Positions 39,169 through 50,372 of a stretch of DNA of 64,000 nt are shown here, in pieces. The number at the start of each line of letters is the position of its first letter. Within the stretch, counting starts at the first letter, position 1. This DNA is from Tissierellia bacterium (GTDB taxonomy: Bacteria > Bacillota > Clostridia > Tissierellales > Tissierellaceae). The DNA lies in NCBI GenBank assembly GCA_012728125.1, contig JAAYFT010000127.1, positions 862 to 64,861 on the forward strand, in the 5' to 3' direction. The notes under the pieces were generated by a model. It had not been told where the DNA came from, did not search any database, and was given only the letters and a program-made list of their open reading frames with translations. The translations under genes and the position numbers were made by a program.

Positions 39169-40918
39169 TATTAAGTATTTCATCTGAGGGATTTACATAT
39201 ATTGTTTTAAAATTTTCGTATATTACCATACCTGCTTTTGCATTACTAGGTTTCTTAACATTTTTTCTTTCCGTGTAATCAACTGGAACATTATTAGAGT
39301 TTTTTCCTTTACTATAATATGCAGCCAAGCTTGCAGCTTCTTCTAAAGTTGTAGCAGGTATTTCTTCTCCTAAACTTTCAATAATTACATGACTACCTGG
39401 CATTTTTTGTACATGCAGCCAAAGATCATTTTTCTTTGAAAATTTTAATGTTAAGTAATCATTTTGTCTATTATTTTTTCCTACATAGATATTAAAGCCA
39501 TCAGAAGAAATATAATGATAGGGTTTTGATATGGCAGGCTGTTTTTTCTTTTTCTTAGTATTGCCTTTAACATATCCTTCTTTAATTAACTCCTCTTTTA
39601 TTTCATCAAGTTCTTCCACTTCTGTGGAATTATCAATACTCATTAAAATATTTTCCAAGTATAAAATTTCCTTTTCCGTTTCTGGAATTTGCTTTTGTAA
39701 TAGCGCTTGGGCATTTTTTAACTTAGAATATTTTTTGTAATACCTCTGAGCATTGGCTACAGGTGATAATTTTATATCTAAAGGTATTTTAATCTTATTC
39801 ATATTTTCATCATAGAAATTTTCAAGCTCAATGCTATCTATACCCTTAGGGATTCTATATAGATTAGCTGAGATTAAATCTGCGTAAACTTTGTATTTTT
39901 CCCTATCTTGACTTTCTAATAATTCTTCCTTTTGCTTTGCTAACTTCTTTATAGTTCTATCTAATTTTACTTGGATAGTTTTTCTAATGGATTGGGATTT
40001 TTGACTAATTCTATCTACAATATCTTTCCTATGGTAGTATCTATCAAGGATCTCAGATATTGATTCAGAATATATTTTTTTTCTACTTCCAAGTTGATTT
40101 ATATCCAATGCATGGAAAGCCATTATTTCGTTTTCATTATTTGATAAAATATAATTAGGCTTAAATTCATTATTTGAAACTTTTTCAACGAGATTATTAA
40201 ATGACTCATATAAAGCCTCTTTATCGGAAGCATATAAACTGCCAATGGTTCTATCTATATCTATATTAGCATCAAAGCAGATTTCTCTGCTGATTAAGGG
40301 GCTTAACCCTAAATAATTAAAATAGAAGAATTTAAAACATGGCAGGTTTTTATTTGACAAATCCATTTTTTTGAAAAAATAATCCTTAGTACTATCTAAA
40401 GGATTGATTTTGTCTTCATGGGGCGGATATTCATATATGATTCCCGGCAGTATTTGTCTTACTCTACTCATATCTCCATGAACTCGTTTTATAGAGTCAA
40501 TAACCTTATAAGTATTATGATCAACTAAAATGATGTTACTATATTTTCCCATAATCTCAACAATAAGTCTTTTTTTACTAGGTTGGCCTAATTCATCCTT
40601 GGCAGAAATATCTATAAAAACTATCCTATCTAAGTTAAATTGTTCGATATTTAATATAACTCCACCTATTAGATGCTTTCTAAGTAGCATACAAAACATT
40701 GGTGGTTCTGTTGGGTTACTTTTACTAAATTCTGTTAGGTATAGTCTAGGATTATTGCTACTAGCTGATATTATCAATTTGTAGTTAGTGCCTTTATTGT
40801 GTATATGGATTAAGATTTCATCTTTTTCTTGCTGGTAGATCTTATCAACCCTACCATCAATTAGAACATTGCTTAGTTCTGCAACGACAGATCTGGTTAC
40901 AATACCATCAAATGACAT
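39146..40918 (-). CDS. rqcH: NFACT-family ribosome quality-control protein RqcH (fibronectin-binding protein A-like, YloA)
   Basis: MSFDGIVTRSVVAELS N-terminus, NFACT-N, coiled-coil middle, C-terminal GFNIYVGKNNRQNDYLT...DLWLHVQKMPGSHVII. Confidence 0.92.
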
Positions 40919-41073
40919 AAGAATTCCTCCAATGCTTATTTACAATACTAAAAGTATAACATTAAATGAAAAAATAATAAATAATTATATTAATATTTTG
41001 TAATAAACTATAGCCTATTATTATTTTTAAATATATAATCAATTATAACAGTTAAAATATTGAGGTGAATATT

Positions 41074-41955
41074 ATGTTAAAAAGTATGACTGGATATGGC
41101 AGAGGAGAATTTGCAAATGAATTATTTAATATTATAATAGAGATAAAATCAGTTAATCATAGATATGGTGATATAGTAGTCAAAATACCTCGTCATATAA
41201 ATTTTTTAGAAGAGAAGATTAAGAAGTCGGTGAAGGAAAGAATTAGCAGAGGTAAGGTTGACGTTTATGTAAATTTAGAGTATATTAATGAATCGGCCAT
41301 AGATTTAAAAGTAGATATTCCTTTGGCAAAGGCTTATAAGGAGATTTTAGAAGACTTGTCAAAGGAGTTAAATTTAGATGACCATGTAAAACTTTATAAT
41401 ATTTTAGGCTTGCCAGAAGTAATTAGGACGGAGAAAAAAGAATTAGACGAAGGTCTACTTTGGTCTTCCTTAAAAGAAGCCTTGGATATTGCACTTGACA
41501 ATATACTAAATATGAAGATCTTGGAAGGAGAAGCTATTAAGGATGATATGCTTTTGAAATTACTTGAGATTGAAAAACTAGTAGATGAAATAGAATTAAG
41601 GTCTCCAAATGTTGTCCAAGACTATAAAGAAAGGTTAAGAGAAAGGTTAGAAGAATTATTAGATAAGGATTTCAAAATAGACGAAGACAGACTTGCACAA
41701 GAAGTAGCGATCTTTGCAGATAAATGTAATATAAATGAGGAAATAGTAAGGTTAAAAAGTCATATAAACCAATTTAAATCCATTGTAAATGAAGATGATG
41801 CTGTAGGTAGAAAATTAGACTTCCTAATTCAAGAAATGAATAGAGAAACTAATACAATAGGGTCTAAAGCAAATGATATTTATATTTCCAGCAATGTGGT
41901 AATGATAAAAGCTGAAATAGAAAAAATAAGAGAACAAGTTCAGAATATTGAGTAA
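41074..41955 (+). CDS. YicC/YloC-family endoribonuclease
   Basis: MLKSMTGYGRGE, EIKSVNHRY, C-terminal DFLIQEMNRETNTIGSKAND. ATG 41074 follows GAGGTGA. Confidence 0.92.
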   Translation: MLKSMTGYGRGEFANELFNIIIEIKSVNHRYGDIVVKIPRHINFLEEKIKKSVKERISRGKVDVYVNLEYINESAIDLKVDIPLAKAYKEILEDLSKELNLDDHVKLYNILGLPEVIRTEKKELDEGLLWSSLKEALDIALDNILNMKILEGEAIKDDMLLKLLEIEKLVDEIELRSPNVVQDYKERLRERLEELLDKDFKIDEDRLAQEVAIFADKCNINEEIVRLKSHINQFKSIVNEDDAVGRKLDFLIQEMNRETNTIGSKANDIYISSNVVMIKAEIEKIREQVQNIE

Positions 41956-41967
41956 TAGGAGGTAATT

Positions 41968-42225
41968 ATGACTATAAGATTAATAAATATAGGCTATGGA
42001 AATATAGTAGCCGCAAATCGGATAATTGCTGTAGTTAGCTCCGAATCTGCCCCAATTAAAAGACTAATACAGGATGCAAGGGAAAAAGGACTACTTATAG
42101 ATGCAACTTATGGAAGGAAAACTAGGGCAGTTATTATAACTGATAGTCAACATATAATACTTACTCCCGTGCAACCTGAGACTGTTGCCAATAGATTTGT
42201 TAGTAAAGAGGAAAATAATGAGTAA
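41968..42225 (+). CDS. remA: DUF370 / RemA-family regulator (YlzA)
   Basis: [56 protein letters not shown] matches RemA almost end to end. Confidence 0.93.
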   Translation: MTIRLINIGYGNIVAANRIIAVVSSESAPIKRLIQDAREKGLLIDATYGRKTRAVIITDSQHIILTPVQPETVANRFVSKEENNE

Positions 42226-42240
42226 AGGAAGTTGATAAGG

Positions 42241-42852
42241 ATGTCAAAAGGATTTTTATTAATTATTTCAGGCCCAGCCGGAACAGGTAAGGGTACTGTT
42301 TGCAAAGAATTATTAAAAAGAAATGAAGATATTGTATTTTCTGTTTCTGCAACTACTAGGCAGCCTAGGGTTGGGGAAGTAGATGGAGTAAATTATTATT
42401 TTGTTAGCAAAGAAAAATTTGAATCCATGATCGAAAATAACGAATTTTTAGAATATGCCTACGTACATACAAACTACTACGGAACACCTAAAAAATTTGT
42501 TATGGATCAAATTGAAAAGGGTGAAATAGTTCTTCTAGAAATCGATGTACAAGGGGCACTTCAGATTAAGAAAAACTTCTCAGAAGCTGTATTTATATTC
42601 TTGCTACCACCGACCATGGAAGAATTGAAAAATAGAATAGTTAAAAGAGGAACAGAGACTGAAGAAGACATTAATAGAAGATACGAAAATGCTTTTAAAG
42701 AAATAGACTTTGTAGGTAATTATGATTATTTTGTTATAAATGATGTGGTTGAAGATGCTGTATCAGATATAGAGGCCATAATAAAGGCAGAAAAACTTAG
42801 AGTAAAAAGACATTCAGATATAAAAAATAAAGTGCTAGGAGGAGGAAAGTAA
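42241..42852 (+). CDS. gmk: guanylate kinase
   Basis: LLIISGPAGTGKGT, SVSATTRQPRVGEVDGVNYYFVS, EYAYVHTNYYGTP, EIDVQGA. Confidence 0.97.
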   Translation: MSKGFLLIISGPAGTGKGTVCKELLKRNEDIVFSVSATTRQPRVGEVDGVNYYFVSKEKFESMIENNEFLEYAYVHTNYYGTPKKFVMDQIEKGEIVLLEIDVQGALQIKKNFSEAVFIFLLPPTMEELKNRIVKRGTETEEDINRRYENAFKEIDFVGNYDYFVINDVVEDAVSDIEAIIKAEKLRVKRHSDIKNKVLGGGK

Positions 42853-42853
42853 C

Positions 42854-43063
42854 ATGCTAAATCCATCTTTTAAAGAGTTGGCCGATAAGGGAGATAGCAG
42901 ATATACTTTAGTAATGTTAATAGCTAAAAGAGCTAGAAGGATTATAGATGGTGCAGAACCACTAATTGAGACTAACTCAAAAAAACCAGTAAGTATTGCC
43001 TTGGAAGAAGTATTAGAAGGCAAGATAACTTATGAAAGACCAGATATAAAAGGAATAAAATAA
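42854..43063 (+). CDS. rpoZ: DNA-directed RNA polymerase subunit omega
   Basis: SRYTLVMLIAKRARRI..., 69 aa, immediately after gmk. Confidence 0.92.
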   Translation: MLNPSFKELADKGDSRYTLVMLIAKRARRIIDGAEPLIETNSKKPVSIALEEVLEGKITYERPDIKGIK

Positions 43064-43072
43064 GGTGATTAT

Positions 43073-44278
43073 ATGTTAAAGAATAAAACTATCGTACTAG
43101 GTGTTACAGGAGGTATTGCTGTATATAAGGCAGCTGATATTGTTAGCAGACTAAAAAAACTCAATGCCAACGTTGAAGTTGTAATGACAGAAGGAGCAAC
43201 AGAATTTGTAACTCCTTTAACCTTTCAAACCTTGTCAAACAATGTAGTCCACAGAAAGATGTTTAATGAAATTACAAATTACGATGTTGAACATATTTCT
43301 TTAGCTCAAAAGGCAGACCTAATTTTAATAGCTCCAGCTACAGCTAACACCATAGGCAAAATTGCCAATGGTATTGCAGATAATCTACTAACTACTGTAG
43401 TTATGGCTTCTACTGCTAAGGTAGTTTTTGCTCCAGCCATGAATACTAAAATGTATCAAAATCCTATAGTTCAATCTAATATAGAAAAATTGAAAAGCTT
43501 AGGATATGAATTTATTAACCCAGCAAAAGGGAAACTAGCTTGTGGAGACTATGGGGAAGGGAAAATGGCTGAACCAGTAGATATAGTAGACTATGTAATA
43601 AGCAGCTTTAAGGAGAAGGATTTAATAGGGAGAAAAATTGTAGTGACTGCAGGGCCAACTATTGAACCATTGGACCCAGTTAGGTATATGACTAATCATT
43701 CCAGTGGAAAAATGGGCTATAGTATAGCAAAAGAAGCCCTAGATAGGGGTGCTGAAGTGGTTTTAATATCCGGGTCTACTTGTCTTGAACCCCCTAAAGG
43801 AGTAGAACTTGTTAGGGTAAAAACTACTGAAGACATGTTAAATGCAGTTGGCAAATATTTTGCTACCTGTGATGTTCTAATAAAATCTGCTGCTCCTGTA
43901 GATTATAGGCCTGAAAGTGTAAGCAGCAGTAAGATAAAGAAGAATAAGGATACAGATGAATTAACAATTAAATATGTAAAAAATCCTGATATAGCTGCCC
44001 ACTTTGGAAAGTTTAAGAAAAACCAAATCATGGTTGGTTTTGCAGCAGAAACAGAGAACCTACTCCAATATGCTGAAGCTAAGTTAAAAGAAAAGAATTT
44101 TGATTTTATCGTTGCAAATGATGTAAGTAAAGTGGGAGCAGGATTTAATGTAGATACTAATATAATCTCAATAATAGACAATAAGGGTGAGACTACTAAC
44201 TATCCAATTATGGATAAAGCTCAGGTTGCAAGGATTATATTGGATAAAGTAAAAAAATTACTTGATTATAAAGGTTAG
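43073..44278 (+). CDS. coaBC: bifunctional phosphopantothenoylcysteine decarboxylase / phosphopantothenate--cysteine ligase
   Basis: LGVTGGIAVYKA, IAPATANTIGKIANGIADNLL, PAMNTKMY, TAGPTIEPLDPVRYMTNHSSGKMG, AAPVDYRP. Confidence 0.97.
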   Translation: MLKNKTIVLGVTGGIAVYKAADIVSRLKKLNANVEVVMTEGATEFVTPLTFQTLSNNVVHRKMFNEITNYDVEHISLAQKADLILIAPATANTIGKIANGIADNLLTTVVMASTAKVVFAPAMNTKMYQNPIVQSNIEKLKSLGYEFINPAKGKLACGDYGEGKMAEPVDIVDYVISSFKEKDLIGRKIVVTAGPTIEPLDPVRYMTNHSSGKMGYSIAKEALDRGAEVVLISGSTCLEPPKGVELVRVKTTEDMLNAVGKYFATCDVLIKSAAPVDYRPESVSSSKIKKNKDTDELTIKYVKNPDIAAHFGKFKKNQIMVGFAAETENLLQYAEAKLKEKNFDFIVANDVSKVGAGFNVDTNIISIIDNKGETTNYPIMDKAQVARIILDKVKKLLDYKG

Positions 44279-44311
44279 ATAAGAATCTAACCTTTAATTA
44301 TATAAGAAGGA

Positions 44312-46792
44312 ATGATTAAATTGTTAATTAAGTATGGACAAGTCATCATAGATAACAGGGCTTCACAAGTAGACAAGCCTTTTACCTATATAATAGACAA
44401 GGATTTAATAGATGTTGTAAAAGTCGGCATGAGAGTAATCGTTCCCTTTGGACAAGGAAATAAACTGATAAAAGGTATAGTTATCGATATATTAGAGGAG
44501 TTTGAAAGTGAATATGAATTAAAAAAGATTGTAGATGTAATAGACGATAAACCATTGGTTACCAAGGAGTTAATAGACTTAAGCAAATGGATAAAGGAAA
44601 ATTACCTATCAACTTATTTTGATGCACTTCAACTAGTATTGCCACCTGGCGACTTTAAAGAAGTGAATACTTATGTAGAAGCTATAGGTAATACTAGCTA
44701 CGAAAACTTAACAAAAGATGAGTTTAGGATAATAAACTACTTAAATAGTAGGGGTAGGATATTATTAGCCGATTTAAAAAAGGAAATTAACTTAACTGGT
44801 ATTAACAAAATTCTAAATAAGCTTGAAGACAATGGTTTAATTGAAACAACTATAGAAGTAAAAACAAGCATTGAAAAAAAGCTGGAGAAATGGATTAAGA
44901 TAAGCAATAAAGGAAAAAGTTTAGAAGAAATTTTAGAAAAGATAAATAAGAGGGCCACAAAACAAATAGAGATAATAAAATATTTGTATGCTGTAGAAGA
45001 CATTAGCTTTAAAGAATTATCACGGAAAGTAAATGCTACTTCCTATTCCATTAAATCATTAGAAAATAAAGGTTTAGTTAAACTCTACCATAGGGAAGTA
45101 AGTAGAAATCCTATAAAAAAGGAAATTAAAGAATATAAGAAACATATTCTATCTTCTAGCCAGAGAAAAGTCTATCAAAGGATTAAAAATTCCTTTCATG
45201 GCAATGATAATTCTAATAAGTTTCTTATACATGGGGTAACAGGCAGTGGCAAAACAGAAATTTACTTACAGTTAGTTGAAGAAATGATAGAATTAGGAAG
45301 GGATTCAATAATTTTGGTTCCTGAGATATCTTTAACTCCACAGACAATAGATAGATTTGTGGGAAGATTTGGGGATTTAGTAGCAGTTTTACATAGCAAA
45401 TTATCTTACGGAGAAAGATTTGATGAGTGGAGAAAGATTAAAGAAGGTAAGGTAAAGATAGTTATTGGAGCTAGATCTGCAGTGTTTGCACCATTTAAGA
45501 ACTTAGGACTTATAATTATAGACGAAGAACATGAATCAACATATAAGTCATCCCAAAACCCCAAATATCATGCAATAGAAGTAGCTAAAAAGAGGGCAGA
45601 TTTGGAAAAGGGGTTTTTAGTATTAGGTTCTGCTACTCCATCTGTAGATACTTATTATGAAAGTCTTAAGGGTGATATAGTTCTTCTAGAGTTAAAAGAG
45701 AGAATAAATAATCTTGTTCTACCTAAAATTAAAGTTATAGATATGAGAGAAGAACTAAATAAGGGAAATAAATCTATATTTAGTGAAGAGCTATATAATT
45801 CATTAAAAGAAAACTTATACAAAGAAAGGCAGAGTATCTTATTTTTGAATAGGAGGGGATTTTCAACCTTTGTATCCTGCAGAAACTGTGGTTATGTTGT
45901 AAAATGTAATAATTGTGATATATCTATGACATATCACAGGAATAAAAATAAATTAAGATGTCACTATTGTGGTTTGGCTATTAATCCTCCTAATACTTGT
46001 CCTTCATGTGGCAGTAAGTATATTAAATATTTTGGAATAGGGACAGAAAAGGTAGAGGAGTTTACGAAAGAATTATTTCCTGAAGCAAGTATTGTCAGGA
46101 TGGACATGGATACCACAAGTAGGAAAGGAAGCCATGAAGCTATATTAGAAGATATGAAAAATGGGAAAATTGATATTTTAATAGGAACCCAGATGATTTC
46201 TAAAGGTTTAGACTTTGAAAATGTAACCTTAGTAGGCATAATTGCTGCAGATACGACTTTAAATCTTCCAGACTTTCGTTCTCCTGAACGTGGCTTTCAA
46301 TTGATTACTCAGGTAGCTGGTAGGGCAGGTAGGGGGGATAATGAAGGTAAGGTTATTCTTCAAACCTATGACCCAAGCCATTACAGCATAATTTTTTCGG
46401 AAAAACATGATTATATGAGCTTTTATGATACTGAAATAAAGCTTAGGGAAGAATTTTTGTATCCACCCTTTGTGGACTTAATAAGTATCCTGGTCTATGG
46501 TCAAGATAATATAAAAGTTGCATCAGTTTCTAAAGAAATCTATAATATAATTAAGGGAGAGATTAGCTGGCTAGATGAGGACCAAAAAAATAGGCATATA
46601 ATTGGGCCTTATCCAGCACCTTTAGAAAGGATAAACAATAATTTCAGATGGCAAATTCTGATTAAATCACATAAAAACAATATTAATAGTTTAAAAGCCC
46701 TGATTAAAAGGGTATGTATTAATAATGAATATAAATTAAATACAGTTGGTACAAAAATAAGCATAGATATTAATCCAAATTCAATACTATAG
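44312..46792 (+). CDS. priA: primosomal replication restart helicase PriA
   Basis: VDKPFTYI...VPFG, Walker A HGVTGSGKTEIY, DEEH, Cys-rich zinc insert (CRNCGYVVKCNNCD...CHYCG...CPSCGS), QVAGRAGRG. Confidence 0.97.
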   Translation: MIKLLIKYGQVIIDNRASQVDKPFTYIIDKDLIDVVKVGMRVIVPFGQGNKLIKGIVIDILEEFESEYELKKIVDVIDDKPLVTKELIDLSKWIKENYLSTYFDALQLVLPPGDFKEVNTYVEAIGNTSYENLTKDEFRIINYLNSRGRILLADLKKEINLTGINKILNKLEDNGLIETTIEVKTSIEKKLEKWIKISNKGKSLEEILEKINKRATKQIEIIKYLYAVEDISFKELSRKVNATSYSIKSLENKGLVKLYHREVSRNPIKKEIKEYKKHILSSSQRKVYQRIKNSFHGNDNSNKFLIHGVTGSGKTEIYLQLVEEMIELGRDSIILVPEISLTPQTIDRFVGRFGDLVAVLHSKLSYGERFDEWRKIKEGKVKIVIGARSAVFAPFKNLGLIIIDEEHESTYKSSQNPKYHAIEVAKKRADLEKGFLVLGSATPSVDTYYESLKGDIVLLELKERINNLVLPKIKVIDMREELNKGNKSIFSEELYNSLKENLYKERQSILFLNRRGFSTFVSCRNCGYVVKCNNCDISMTYHRNKNKLRCHYCGLAINPPNTCPSCGSKYIKYFGIGTEKVEEFTKELFPEASIVRMDMDTTSRKGSHEAILEDMKNGKIDILIGTQMISKGLDFENVTLVGIIAADTTLNLPDFRSPERGFQLITQVAGRAGRGDNEGKVILQTYDPSHYSIIFSEKHDYMSFYDTEIKLREEFLYPPFVDLISILVYGQDNIKVASVSKEIYNIIKGEISWLDEDQKNRHIIGPYPAPLERINNNFRWQILIKSHKNNINSLKALIKRVCINNEYKLNTVGTKISIDINPNSIL

Positions 46793-46803
46793 GAGGAAAG
46801 GAA

Positions 46804-47274
46804 ATGGCATTAAGAGAAATTAGACTATTAGATGACCCAATACTAAGGAAAAAATCAAGGGTAATAACTGAAATAAATGATAGAATAAAAGAGTTATTAG
46901 ATGATATGATAGATACAATGAGAGAAGCTGAAGGTGTAGGCCTAGCAGCTCCTCAAGTTGGAGTATTAAGACGTGCAGTGGTCATAGATGTAGGTGAAGG
47001 TCCTATAAAATTAATAAACCCTGAAATTTTAGAAGTAAAAGGGGAAGTAGTAGATGTGGAAGGTTGCTTATCTATACCAGGAAGATCTGGCAAAGTGCCT
47101 AGACCTGAATGGGTTAAGATAAAATACTTGGATATTGAAGGAACTGAAAAGACTTTAGAGGGTACTGGCTTACTGGCAAGGGCAATTTGCCATGAACTAG
47201 ACCACCTAGATGGTATTCTATATATAGATAAGATGATTGAAGAAGTAACTTTAGAAGAGGATGATGAGGAATAA
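46804..47274 (+). CDS. def: peptide deformylase
   Basis: GVGLAAPQVG, EGCLSIPG, HELDHLDG metal-binding motifs. Confidence 0.97.
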   Translation: MALREIRLLDDPILRKKSRVITEINDRIKELLDDMIDTMREAEGVGLAAPQVGVLRRAVVIDVGEGPIKLINPEILEVKGEVVDVEGCLSIPGRSGKVPRPEWVKIKYLDIEGTEKTLEGTGLLARAICHELDHLDGILYIDKMIEEVTLEEDDEE

Positions 47275-48204
47275 ATGAAAATTGTATTTATGGGAACTCC
47301 CCAGTTTGCAGTTCCAACTTTAGAAGCCTTATATAAAGAGGGATACGACATTGGACTAGTAATAACTCAAAAGGATAAACCTAAGGGGAGAGGGAAGAAG
47401 ATACTATTTACTCCGGTAAAAGAAAAAGCAGTGGAGTTGGGCTTAGAAGTTTTTCAACCTGATTCAATCAACTCACCAGATGCAATAGAAAAAATTTCAT
47501 CTCTTAATCCAGATTTCATCGTCGTAGTAGCCTATGGTCAGATATTAAAAAAATCTGTCTTAGAAATACCAAAATATGGCTGCTATAATGTGCACGCCTC
47601 TTTATTACCAAAATATAGGGGGGCTGCACCGATAAATTGGGCAATTATAGATGGAGAAAAAGAAACTGGTATTACCATAATGGAAATGGAAGAAGGATTA
47701 GATACAGGAGATATTGTTCTAACTGAAGCTATTCCCATTGAAAATGATGACGATGCTATTTCTATTCATGATAAATTATCTATCCTTGGCGGAAAACTAA
47801 TAACAAAAGCCTTGGAAGGAATCGTAGAAGGCAAACTTGAAAAAACTCCCCAAGATCATAGCCTATCATCTTACGCTTCCATGCTAAGTAAAGATATAGG
47901 CAAGATTGATTGGAATAGTAATGGTGAGTCTATAATAAACTTAATTAGAGGCCTGAAACCCTGGCCCTCTGCCTATACAGATTACAAGGGTGAAACAATT
48001 AAGATACACAAGGCTAGTTTAACTGATGAAATAAAGGATGGGGTTTGTGGTCAGATAGTTAAGGTTGATAATACAGGTATTTATGTAATAACAAAGGATA
48101 AAATCATACTTTTAGAGGAAATTCAATTTCCTAACAAAAGAAAAATGACTGTAGAGGAGTATTTAAGAGGCAACTCTATAGAAGAAGGCATCATTCTAAA
48201 ATAA
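47275..48204 (+). CDS. fmt: methionyl-tRNA formyltransferase
   Basis: IVFMGTPQFAVPTLEAL, NVHASLLPKYRGAAPINWAII, ETGITIMEM. Confidence 0.97.
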   Translation: MKIVFMGTPQFAVPTLEALYKEGYDIGLVITQKDKPKGRGKKILFTPVKEKAVELGLEVFQPDSINSPDAIEKISSLNPDFIVVVAYGQILKKSVLEIPKYGCYNVHASLLPKYRGAAPINWAIIDGEKETGITIMEMEEGLDTGDIVLTEAIPIENDDDAISIHDKLSILGGKLITKALEGIVEGKLEKTPQDHSLSSYASMLSKDIGKIDWNSNGESIINLIRGLKPWPSAYTDYKGETIKIHKASLTDEIKDGVCGQIVKVDNTGIYVITKDKIILLEEIQFPNKRKMTVEEYLRGNSIEEGIILK

Positions 48205-48219
48205 GAGAGGAGAATGCGA

Positions 48220-48918
48220 ATGTATGGATACTATGGAATGATGGGGTTAGATACTACCTGGATAGTTTATGTACTTCCAGCCTTATTGCTTGCCGCCTTT
48301 GCCCAATTAAAAGTAAGTTCTGCTTTTAATAAATACTCAAGGGTACCTAGTGGAACTAGTTTAACAGGTGCGCAGGTTGCAAGGATGATTTTGGATAGAA
48401 ATGGCTTATACGATGTAACTATAGAGCCTATAAGAGGTCAACTAACTGACCATTATGATCCAAGAGCAAAGGCCGTCAGACTATCAAGCCATATTTATAA
48501 TGGAAGTAGTATCGCTTCAATGAGCGTTGCTGCCCATGAAGTAGGCCATGCAATCCAACATGCTGAAGGGTATTACCCATTAATTTTAAGAAATAATATT
48601 GCACCAATTGCAAGTTTTGGTTCAAGATTTGCTTGGATTCTAATTTTTATTGGTTTTATAATTTCACCATTTTTTATAGATTTGGGAATTGCTTTATTTA
48701 TAGGAGTAGTTTTATTTCAAGTAATTACTTTACCAGTTGAATTTAATGCAAGTAGAAGGGCATTAGTCCAGCTTGAAAATGGTTTTATTACTAGGGATAG
48801 GATAAAGCCCGTTAAGAGTGTACTATCTGCTGCAGCACTAACCTATGTAGCTGCAACCTTAGTTGCTGTAGGACAATTATTAAGACTATTGGTCCTAACA
48901 GGAAGAAGAAGAGATTAA
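48220..48918 (+). CDS. putative neutral zinc metallopeptidase (Zn_peptidase_2 / YugP-like membrane protein)
   Basis: HYDPRAKAVRLS, AAHEVGHAIQH zinc motif, TM helices, EFNASRRA. ATG 48220 lies 7 nt after AGGAG; ATG 48214 is too close to the SD. Confidence 0.87.
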   Translation: MYGYYGMMGLDTTWIVYVLPALLLAAFAQLKVSSAFNKYSRVPSGTSLTGAQVARMILDRNGLYDVTIEPIRGQLTDHYDPRAKAVRLSSHIYNGSSIASMSVAAHEVGHAIQHAEGYYPLILRNNIAPIASFGSRFAWILIFIGFIISPFFIDLGIALFIGVVLFQVITLPVEFNASRRALVQLENGFITRDRIKPVKSVLSAAALTYVAATLVAVGQLLRLLVLTGRRRD

Positions 48919-48922
48919 TTAA

Positions 48923-48949
48923 GGGGGGAAATAGAACCCCCCCTTTTTT
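48923..48949 (+). terminator. intrinsic terminator (G6/C7 stem) inside the def-fmt...rsmB gene string
   Basis: GGGGGG (48923-48928), 8-nt loop, CCCCCCC (48937-48943), T6 (48944-48949). Confidence 0.7.
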
Positions 48950-48973
48950 GATAAAAAAGCTAGGAGTGTTAAA

Positions 48974-50317
48974 ATGAAAGAATCTGCTAGAGAATTGGCT
49001 TTTAAAATACTTTATGATATTTTTTCAAATCAAGCCTTTTCAAATATATCCATAAAGAAACATTTAAATAAGGGTATAGAACCTAAGGAAGAGAACTTAA
49101 TAAGAGAAATAGTCTATGGTGTTTTAGAAAATGATTTATATATAAATTACATAATATCAAAGGCATCGAAGACACCATTAAAAAAAATCCATCCTAAAAT
49201 TTTGATAATATTAAAAATGGGAATTTATCAGCTTTTGTTTATGGATAGAATTCCCTCAAGGGCAGCTGTTAACGAATCTGTAGAATTAGCAAAAATACAT
49301 GGACACAAGGGCACAGTAGGTTTTGTTAATGGAATTTTAAGAAATATTGATAGAAACAATAATAAGTTTCTAGAAATTAGAGAAAAAGACAAGTCCAATT
49401 ATATCTCTATTAAATTCTCCCATCCAAAGTGGTTGGTGGACAGATGGATAAATGAATTTGGGGATGAATTTACTGAAAAACTATGTAGGGCAAACAATAG
49501 TTATTCTAAGCTAAACATAAGGGTTAATAGTCTAAAGACTAGTAAAAAAGAATTGAAGAATAAGTTGGAGAAGTATGGTTTTAATATTTCTGATGGAAAA
49601 TATAGTGATGACATATTAATAATAGATAATCCTGTAAGACTTACAGAAACAGAAGAATATAAACTAGGTTATTTCATTATTCAAGATGAAAGCAGTGCCT
49701 TAGTTGGACAAATCATGGATCCAAAGGAAGGAAGTACAGTACTTGATCTTTGTAGTGCTCCTGGAGGTAAATCTACCCATATAGGTCAATTAATGAAGAA
49801 CAAAGGAAGAGTACTTAGTATGGACTTCTATGAACATAAAATTAAGCTAATAGAAGAAAATGCAAGAAGGCTTGGAGTAGATATTGTAGAAACTTTTGTT
49901 GGAGATGCTACAAAATTTAATGAATCCTTAGTAAATATTGCTGATTATGTTTTAGTTGATGCACCTTGCTCTGGTTTTGGACTTATTAGAAGGAAACCGG
50001 AAATAAAATGGAATAGGAAAGAAGAAGATATAGAAGAATTAGTTAAAATTCAAAGAAGCATACTAAATAACGCTAAGGAGTATTTAAAAGTTGGTGGGAT
50101 TCTAGTATATAGTACCTGTACTATAGAAAAGGAAGAAAATATTAAAATGGTAAATCAATTTATTGAAGAAAATAATAACTTTAGATTGGTTAATTTTGAA
50201 AATTTAGTTGATGGTTTAGAAAAAGAAGAAAGCTTAAAACAAGGTTTTATCCAATTGTACCCCCATATTCATAATACTGATGGATTTTTTATTGCTAAAA
50301 TGATGAAAGAAAGATAG
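48974..50317 (+). CDS. rsmB: 16S rRNA (cytosine967-C5)-methyltransferase RsmB
   Basis: NusB-like N-terminus, DLCSAPGGKSTH SAM motif, DAPCSGFGLIRRKPEIKW, YSTCT. Confidence 0.94.
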   Translation: MKESARELAFKILYDIFSNQAFSNISIKKHLNKGIEPKEENLIREIVYGVLENDLYINYIISKASKTPLKKIHPKILIILKMGIYQLLFMDRIPSRAAVNESVELAKIHGHKGTVGFVNGILRNIDRNNNKFLEIREKDKSNYISIKFSHPKWLVDRWINEFGDEFTEKLCRANNSYSKLNIRVNSLKTSKKELKNKLEKYGFNISDGKYSDDILIIDNPVRLTETEEYKLGYFIIQDESSALVGQIMDPKEGSTVLDLCSAPGGKSTHIGQLMKNKGRVLSMDFYEHKIKLIEENARRLGVDIVETFVGDATKFNESLVNIADYVLVDAPCSGFGLIRRKPEIKWNRKEEDIEELVKIQRSILNNAKEYLKVGGILVYSTCTIEKEENIKMVNQFIEENNNFRLVNFENLVDGLEKEESLKQGFIQLYPHIHNTDGFFIAKMMKER

Positions 50318-50372
50318 ATATATAGTTGAATATTATGTATAATATAATATTAGGAAGCGCTGAGGTGATTTT